A program made the translations under genes and the position numbers. Shown here piece by piece: positions 60,101 to 64,000 of a stretch of 64,000 nucleotides of DNA. Every line of letters starts with the position of its first letter. Within the stretch, counting starts at the first letter, position 1. The notes below the pieces were generated by a model. The model saw only the letters and a program-made list of their open reading frames with translations. It did no database searches and was not told the origin of the DNA. The stretch comes from Bacteroidota bacterium (GTDB lineage Bacteria; Bacteroidota; Ignavibacteria; SZUA-365): NCBI GenBank assembly GCA_003246455.1, contig QKAF01000009.1, positions 85,395-149,394 on the forward strand. The letters are read 5' to 3'.

Positions 60101-60370
60101 ACGAAAAACGGGACAGCGGGGCCGTCGAGCGACATCGACCTGCTCGTGCATCACGACGCGAGCCCCGAGCAGATGCAGTGCATGCAGCACTGGTTTCTCG
60201 GCTGGGGGCAGAGCCTGGCCGAGGTCAACTTCCTCCGCACCGGGTATCGGAATGACAATATTCTCGATATCCACTACGTCACCGACGACGACATCGCGCG
60301 CCGCAGCAGTTACGCCGCGAAAATCAACGCCATCACCGATGCCGCGCGTCCCCTGCGCATTCATCCGTAG
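57188..60370 (+). CDS. Multidomain protein: N-terminal GAF-like region, a PEP/pyruvate-binding ATP-grasp (PPDK_N-like) domain, the shared C-terminal module, and a C-terminal Pol-beta-type nucleotidyltransferase domain (1060 aa)
   Basis: ATG at 57188 (MNMNKKEKSLGDLLYALGERAKELNCLYHV…). The 'ELNCLY' motif is seen at GAF-type sensor N-termini. PPDK_N hallmark …HQKSHGKLGGKSSGLFLA… and …LIVRSSSLLEDS…. Shared module …LMGPGRWGSRGDIKLGV…SFGTHFFQDLVESSIRYL…. C-terminal …LYIFGSTKNGTAGPSSDIDLLVHHD… matches the minimal nucleotidyltransferase motif G[GS]x9-13DxD. It is divergently transcribed from the third GDH-family gene. Confidence 0.8.
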   Translation: MNMNKKEKSLGDLLYALGERAKELNCLYHVEEVLSRNDAAQEEVLNGIIAAIPPGWQFPDICRVRIRLGNKSFTSPEFQPTQWKLVSSIVVQDKVEGSIEVYYAREVGTADEGPFLHEERKLINTIAERIGHYLLHQQLRHVFNEWQTLKEQLAENKRPEWKVILEMLRRTDQNLYTRISRKMLNRLCWSGIKTACELMQRFGTRNGDSQDVFGESNRPRQREELYNFMSSSDEIFQIAAEHLSDEEILSLIQKWIKDDKASFLVNTVENLDTSLSEIVDAIGRFYHIFPEGIELSPSTEKGLRVSLIRRFFTEQLPYINVAKQYLEVRDFAELVRRIIFHQKSHGKLGGKSSGLFLAGQILMKEGGESGRFPNVRIPKTWYITSDGILNFIHYNNLEEVFNQKYLDIEQVREEYPSIIQVFKNSYFSPEFIKGLTMALDDFGDIPLIVRSSSLLEDSMNAAFSGKYKSLFLANTGTKAERMAALLDAIAEVYASTFGPDPIEYRAERGLLDFHEEMGIMIQEVVGTRIGRYLMPVWSGVAFSHNEFRWSPRIKREDGLIRLVPGLGTRAVDRVGDDYPVLIAPGQPSLRVNITPDEIVRYSPKKIDVINLESSSFETVDILDLLRETGHSYPGINTIVSQYDGDTIRQPFGFDLDFEKSVYAVTFNGLIASTRFLKNIREMLLLLQERLQTPVDIEFASDGRDLYLLQCRPQSFTRHNIPAPIPQDIPRERKLFTAQRYISNGHVPDITHIVYVHPDRYAALPDRQALLSVGRCVGRLNKVLPKRQFTLMGPGRWGSRGDIKLGVNVTYSDINNTALLVEIAHDLGGYLPDLSFGTHFFQDLVESSIRYLPLYPDEADVHFNEAFLTRSKNILADILPDYAFLSDTVFVIDVSASSGGKILRVLMNAEIEQAVGYLEDPVNVQPEPQDFPAPVQRTVEDHWEWRLRMAERLANDLHPEDFGIKGLYIFGSTKNGTAGPSSDIDLLVHHDASPEQMQCMQHWFLGWGQSLAEVNFLRTGYRNDNILDIHYVTDDDIARRSSYAAKINAITDAARPLRIHP

Positions 60371-60415
60371 CGAAATTCAGATCGGAACGATTTTCCGGGT
60401 TTTCCCCGGCCCGGC

Positions 60416-61276
60416 TCAGAGCAGTTCCCGCGTTGCGTTCTGCGGAAATTCGGGATCGAAGCGGACCAGCGCGAGCTCGGGACCGCGATGCGCGGCGCTG
60501 TAACACCAGCTGTCTCCGAGTTTTTCCTGCCAGCTTCCGGTGATGGAGGCGGATTCGTGGATATGTCCGTGCAGGGTGATGCGGGGCTGCCGCTTGAGGA
60601 TGAATTTCCTGATCGCGACGCTGCCCACGTGCACGTCCACCGGCGCATGATCGATTTTCCTGCCGTCGAGCGCGGCCCGGTCGAGCGCCGTATTATAGGG
60701 CGGCGCGTGAAAGAGCATGATGGCCTGCGAAAGATCCGTATCCCCGGCAAGCTCCTCCAGGTCGGCCTGTATGGTCGCGTAGCGAATTTCCGACGGATTG
60801 ACCGGAATGCTCCGCCGTCCCTCTTCGGGCGATACGCAGCCCGGATCCACGTAACGCGACACGTCGTACCGCTCCCAGTCCTTGAGCTGGAACGGCGAGG
60901 GCGGCACATAGCTGTATCCATACGCGGTATACCCGCCGATCGAATCGCTGCCGCCGTGCAGATACGTCCACAGCGCGGCAAACCGCGATTCGCGCAGCGA
61001 TGCCTCGACCCGACGCGGGTCGTCGTTCCCGAGGATGAGGAAGACCCGGGGATACTGTTCGCCCAAGGCCTCCGAGAGCCGGCGGAGCTGCGCCGCGAGA
61101 TAATCCTCGATGAAATCCGCGACGACGGGAAATTGTGCCGCGGCCGCGCGATGGGCACCCGGAAGCAGATCTCCGCCGAAGAAAACGGCAGCGGGATGCT
61201 CGCGCTCGATCGCATTGAAAAGCTGTTCGTAACGGCGCTGATGTCCGTGCAGGTCGGAGACGAAAAAACAGTTCAT
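60416..61276 (-). CDS. Calcineurin-like metallophosphoesterase
   Basis: MNCFFVSDLHGHQRRYEQL…VFFGGDLLPG…GNDD… are the classic metallophosphoesterase (MPP) motifs DxH…GD…GNH/D. Confidence 0.8.
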   Translation of the reverse strand: MNCFFVSDLHGHQRRYEQLFNAIEREHPAAVFFGGDLLPGAHRAAAAQFPVVADFIEDYLAAQLRRLSEALGEQYPRVFLILGNDDPRRVEASLRESRFAALWTYLHGGSDSIGGYTAYGYSYVPPSPFQLKDWERYDVSRYVDPGCVSPEEGRRSIPVNPSEIRYATIQADLEELAGDTDLSQAIMLFHAPPYNTALDRAALDGRKIDHAPVDVHVGSVAIRKFILKRQPRITLHGHIHESASITGSWQEKLGDSWCYSAAHRGPELALVRFDPEFPQNATRELL

Positions 61277-61285
61277 AATGGTGCG

Positions 61286-61912
61286 CTACCGTCGCGGCCG
61301 GAAGTAATACTGCAGTGAAAGCGTGGTGAAGGAGAATCCGTCCTTGTCGTCGCCCCGGACCAGGAGGTCCCACTTGTCGGTATTGGTAAACGTCACACCG
61401 AAGAGCGCGCGAACGCCGAGCTGTCTCCATGAGATGATTTCGAACCCGGCGGCTCCGCTGAAGGAGAGGTACCGCAGCGCCTCGGATTCGTAGAGCTCAC
61501 GTCCGACGCGCAGCTCCGGATCGATGACGATGCCGCCTCCGCGGAGCTGCAGGATCGGGAAAAGGCTGCCGCGCAGCATGGGGATGCGCAGTTCGAGCAG
61601 CGCCCCGCCCGTGAGGAACGGCGTATTCGATTCCATGCCGTTCGCCGCGGAACGCATGTACCCGCCCCCGCCGTAGAGCCCGATGGCGAAATTCCGGTGA
61701 ATCACGTATGCGAGTTCGAGATTCGAAACGGGACGGAAATGGTAATCCTTGGACTCCTTCGTCAGGTCGCTCCCGAGAACGCCGGCACCGGCTTCGATAC
61801 CCAGGCGGATCGACCGCACGCGCGGGGCATACGGGTAGCCGCGCATCTGCGCCTCCGCCTGGATCGTGAACAACAGTACGAGAACGGAAGCGAGGGAAAC
61901 GAAGCGTTTCAT
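61286..61912 (-). CDS. Small outer-membrane beta-barrel-like protein, function unknown
   Basis: Signal peptide MKRFVSLASVLVLLFTIQAEAQ. Alternating beta-strand pattern and aromatic C-terminal …YYFRPRR. It lies 9 bp upstream of the phosphoesterase gene on the same strand. Confidence 0.5.
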   Translation of the reverse strand: MKRFVSLASVLVLLFTIQAEAQMRGYPYAPRVRSIRLGIEAGAGVLGSDLTKESKDYHFRPVSNLELAYVIHRNFAIGLYGGGGYMRSAANGMESNTPFLTGGALLELRIPMLRGSLFPILQLRGGGIVIDPELRVGRELYESEALRYLSFSGAAGFEIISWRQLGVRALFGVTFTNTDKWDLLVRGDDKDGFSFTTLSLQYYFRPRR

Positions 61913-62020
61913 GAAAAACTCTTAGATTGGGAGGAGGAACGCGTGCCGGACTTCAGGCAAGAGAAGGTATTGTGCGCGCGAAGTGTGCCGCTAGTATAAC
62001 AAAAATGCGACAGGACCGCA

Positions 62021-62713
62021 ATGAACACTCCCTCACTCTTCGCGACGGAAACACCGCGCCAGGCGCGCGCACGGATGAAACGGGTTCTGACCGCACTGGG
62101 CGCAGTCTTCCCCGCCCCCGCATGCGCGCTGCTGCATGAAAACCCGTTTCAGCTGCTGATCGCGACCATCCTGTCGGCGCAATGCACGGATGAACGGGTC
62201 AACATGGTTACCCCGGCGCTTTTCGCGCGCTATCCGGACGCGGAAGCCATGGCAGCCGCCGATGTCGACGACATCGCCGAGATCATTCGAAGCACCGGTT
62301 TTTTTCAGAACAAGTCGAAAAACATCAAGGGCTGCTGCATGGCGCTGGTTGAGCGGCATGGCGGGAAAGTGCCGAAGACCATGGATGAACTGACCGCGCT
62401 TCCGGGGGTGGGACGGAAAACGGCAAACGTGGTTCTCGGAAACGCGTTCGGCGTGCCCGGCTTCCCGGTCGACACCCATGTGCGGCGCATCGCCAATCTG
62501 CTTCAGCTGACCGATTCGGAAAATCCGGAAATCATCGAACAGCATCTCTGCGCCATCACGCCGGAGTCCGCGTGGACCGAAGCGAGCCACCTGCTGATTC
62601 TGCACGGCCGCGCCACCTGCATCGCCCGGCGTCCCCGCTGCGCGGAATGCGTCATACGCCGCGATTGCCCCAGCGCCCTGGATCAGACACCCCCGAAGGG
62701 GCGGAAGGGCTGA
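62021..62713 (+). CDS. nth: Endonuclease III (DNA-(apurinic or apyrimidinic site) lyase)
   Basis: …FQLLIATILSAQCTDERVN…LPGVGRKTANVVL…PVDTHVRRI… (HhH-GPD). C-terminal 4Fe-4S cluster Cys ligands CIARRPRCAECVIRRDC. Closely parallels E. coli Nth. The start could alternatively be at MKRV (62075). Confidence 0.9.
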   Translation: MNTPSLFATETPRQARARMKRVLTALGAVFPAPACALLHENPFQLLIATILSAQCTDERVNMVTPALFARYPDAEAMAAADVDDIAEIIRSTGFFQNKSKNIKGCCMALVERHGGKVPKTMDELTALPGVGRKTANVVLGNAFGVPGFPVDTHVRRIANLLQLTDSENPEIIEQHLCAITPESAWTEASHLLILHGRATCIARRPRCAECVIRRDCPSALDQTPPKGRKG

Positions 62714-62723
62714 CCCCGCGTTG

Positions 62724-63800
62724 CTACTCCGCCGACAGGCGCAGCAGCTCGACGACCATGACGAGGGCCTTCTCCATGTCTTCGACGTAGATGTGTTCAT
62801 CCGTCGAGTGTTCCAGACGGGCGCCGATACCGACGACGGCCATTTCGATGCCCATGTTGTTGTAGATGGACGCATCGGTGAAACCGGTGATGAACGTCGT
62901 CGAGGCCTCGATGCCTGCCGTCTTCAGGGCCGTCACTGCCGTATTCACCGTCCATGAATCGGCGGGAATGTCCACCGCCTTGCAGAGGTTGTTCGTGGTG
63001 ATCTCGACGGTCGCCCCGTTACTCTCCCCTTCGCGCCGGATGATGCCTTCCATTTCTTCGGCGAGCGCCGCGGCTTTTTCATGCACCAGGCTTCGGCATT
63101 CGGCGAGGAAGCGGACGCGGTCAGGAACGCCGTTGCGGATGATTCCCCCTTCGATCACGCCGACGTTGGCCGTCGTCTCATGATCGAGCCGGCCGAGACG
63201 CAGCGCGCCGATGGCGCGGGCCGCTGCCTGGATCGCGTTGATGCCTTTCTCCGGCTCCATGCCCGCATGCGCCGCGCGACCGGTAATCGTCACGTCGATC
63301 GCGTAGTATGACGGTCCGCCGATGACGATGGTATCGAGCGTATCATTGTCGAGGAGGAAACCGCGCCGCGCGGTAAGCAGGCTGTAATCCAGGTTTTTCA
63401 CACCCAGCAGTCCGATTTCTTCCTGACGGCTGATGGCGATTTCCACCGGGGGACGCACCTCGGCGATGCGAAGCGCCTCGAGCATCTCCGCGATGCCGGC
63501 CTTGTCGTCGGCCGCGAGGATGGTGTTCCCCGCCGAGCGGATGACACCGTCCGCGAGCACCGGCTCGATGCCCACGCCGGGCTTCACCGTATCGGCGTGG
63601 CACGACAGCAGTATCGGGGCTTTCCCCTCGCATCCCTTCGCCGGCAGTTTCGCGACGAGATTGCCGTAGGCATCGGTCTGCGCTTCCGCGCCGAGCGCCT
63701 CGAATTCCTTTTTCAGATAGGCGATCATATCGGCTTCATTCCCCGACTCGCTGGGAATGCGCACCATCTCCATGAATTGCTGAATCATTCGATCGGTCAT
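62724..63800 (-). CDS. M20-family metallopeptidase (peptidase T / acetylornithine-deacetylase-like)
   Basis: MTDRMIQQFMEMVRIPSESGNE… (typical M20 N-terminus). Metal-ligand blocks …LLSCHADTV…, …ADDKAG…, …RQEEIGLLG… ATG at 63800. The 5' extension of the six-frame ORF (63801-63830) is not supported. Confidence 0.8.
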   Translation of the reverse strand: MTDRMIQQFMEMVRIPSESGNEADMIAYLKKEFEALGAEAQTDAYGNLVAKLPAKGCEGKAPILLSCHADTVKPGVGIEPVLADGVIRSAGNTILAADDKAGIAEMLEALRIAEVRPPVEIAISRQEEIGLLGVKNLDYSLLTARRGFLLDNDTLDTIVIGGPSYYAIDVTITGRAAHAGMEPEKGINAIQAAARAIGALRLGRLDHETTANVGVIEGGIIRNGVPDRVRFLAECRSLVHEKAAALAEEMEGIIRREGESNGATVEITTNNLCKAVDIPADSWTVNTAVTALKTAGIEASTTFITGFTDASIYNNMGIEMAVVGIGARLEHSTDEHIYVEDMEKALVMVVELLRLSAE

Positions 63801-63877
63801 GCGTTTTTCCTCAGTTGAAACAAATGGCACTGTGCACGTTCCGGCCGCGGCAGGGCGCCGGAAGCACGGCGGATCCG

Positions 63878-64000
63878 CTAGCGGAACTTCACCGTGACGA
63901 CATCCTCGGTTTCCACGCGGAGACCGGGAATTTTTTTGAGCAGCTCCTTCGCCGCTTTCGGATCCATGTCTTCCGCGTCCTTGAGCTGCGAGAGCATTTC
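63878..64000 (-). CDS. Partial CDS (3' end only) running off the window end; product not identified
   Basis: Minus-strand reading frame …EMLSQLKDAEDMDPKAAKELLKKIPGLRVETEDVVTVKFR ends in TAG at 63878-63880. Only 40 codons are visible. Confidence 0.3.
   Translation of the reverse strand, partial: EMLSQLKDAEDMDPKAAKELLKKIPGLRVETEDVVTVKFR

Overview
This 64 kb window is high-GC (about 63–66% by eye) and almost entirely protein-coding on both strands. I found no rRNA, no tRNA and no CRISPR array.

At least seven predicted secreted proteins end in a type-IX-secretion (T9SS, Por) C-terminal sorting domain with the 'NYPNPFNPST' motif. Some promoters look Bacteroidota-like (TAnnTTTG), and Shine-Dalgarno GGAGG sites are also common. 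Together these point to a GC-rich member of the FCB group (Rhodothermaeota, Kapabacteria or Bacteroidota-like); that assignment is an inference.

Housekeeping genes I can read confidently:
- guaB, purD, nth
- two GdhA-type NADP-glutamate dehydrogenases and a third, short-type Glu/Leu/Phe/Val dehydrogenase
- a glutaryl-CoA dehydrogenase-like acyl-CoA dehydrogenase
- an M24 Xaa-Pro peptidase, an M20 peptidase, a GT4 glycosyltransferase and a UDP-GlcNAc-2-epimerase-like protein
- an aldehyde/succinate-semialdehyde dehydrogenase, a PLD/cardiolipin-synthase-like protein and a metallophosphoesterase
- a P3A-type (plant/fungal-like) plasma-membrane H+-ATPase

The accessory content is dominated by cell-surface proteins:
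- a 2023-aa adhesin-like giant protein built from beta-propeller-like repeats plus about 14 tandem copies of an ~80-aa Cys/GGxxPYxYxW (SprB-like) domain
- a 943-aa beta-helix/HYR T9SS cargo protein
- a tandemly duplicated pair of BNR/Asp-box T9SS cargo genes separated by a 172-bp C-rich minisatellite
- an OmpA-family protein with a 19-residue poly-proline linker
- a SPOR-domain protein
- a Tat-signal DUF362-like protein that also carries a T9SS C-terminal domain

The most unusual feature is a ~14 kb locus (46.4–60.4 kb). Three glutamate-dehydrogenase-family genes are each paired with a ~1000–1140-aa multidomain protein containing a PEP/pyruvate-binding ATP-grasp-type nucleotide-binding domain (PPDK_N-like, GGKxxGL motif). 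Two of these carry N-terminal receiver or pseudo-receiver domains. The third carries an N-terminal GAF-like region and a C-terminal Pol-beta-type nucleotidyltransferase motif. All three share a conserved 'GPGRWGS…HFFQ' C-terminal module. I interpret this as a candidate undescribed regulatory or post-translational-modification system coupled to glutamate metabolism; this is inference only.
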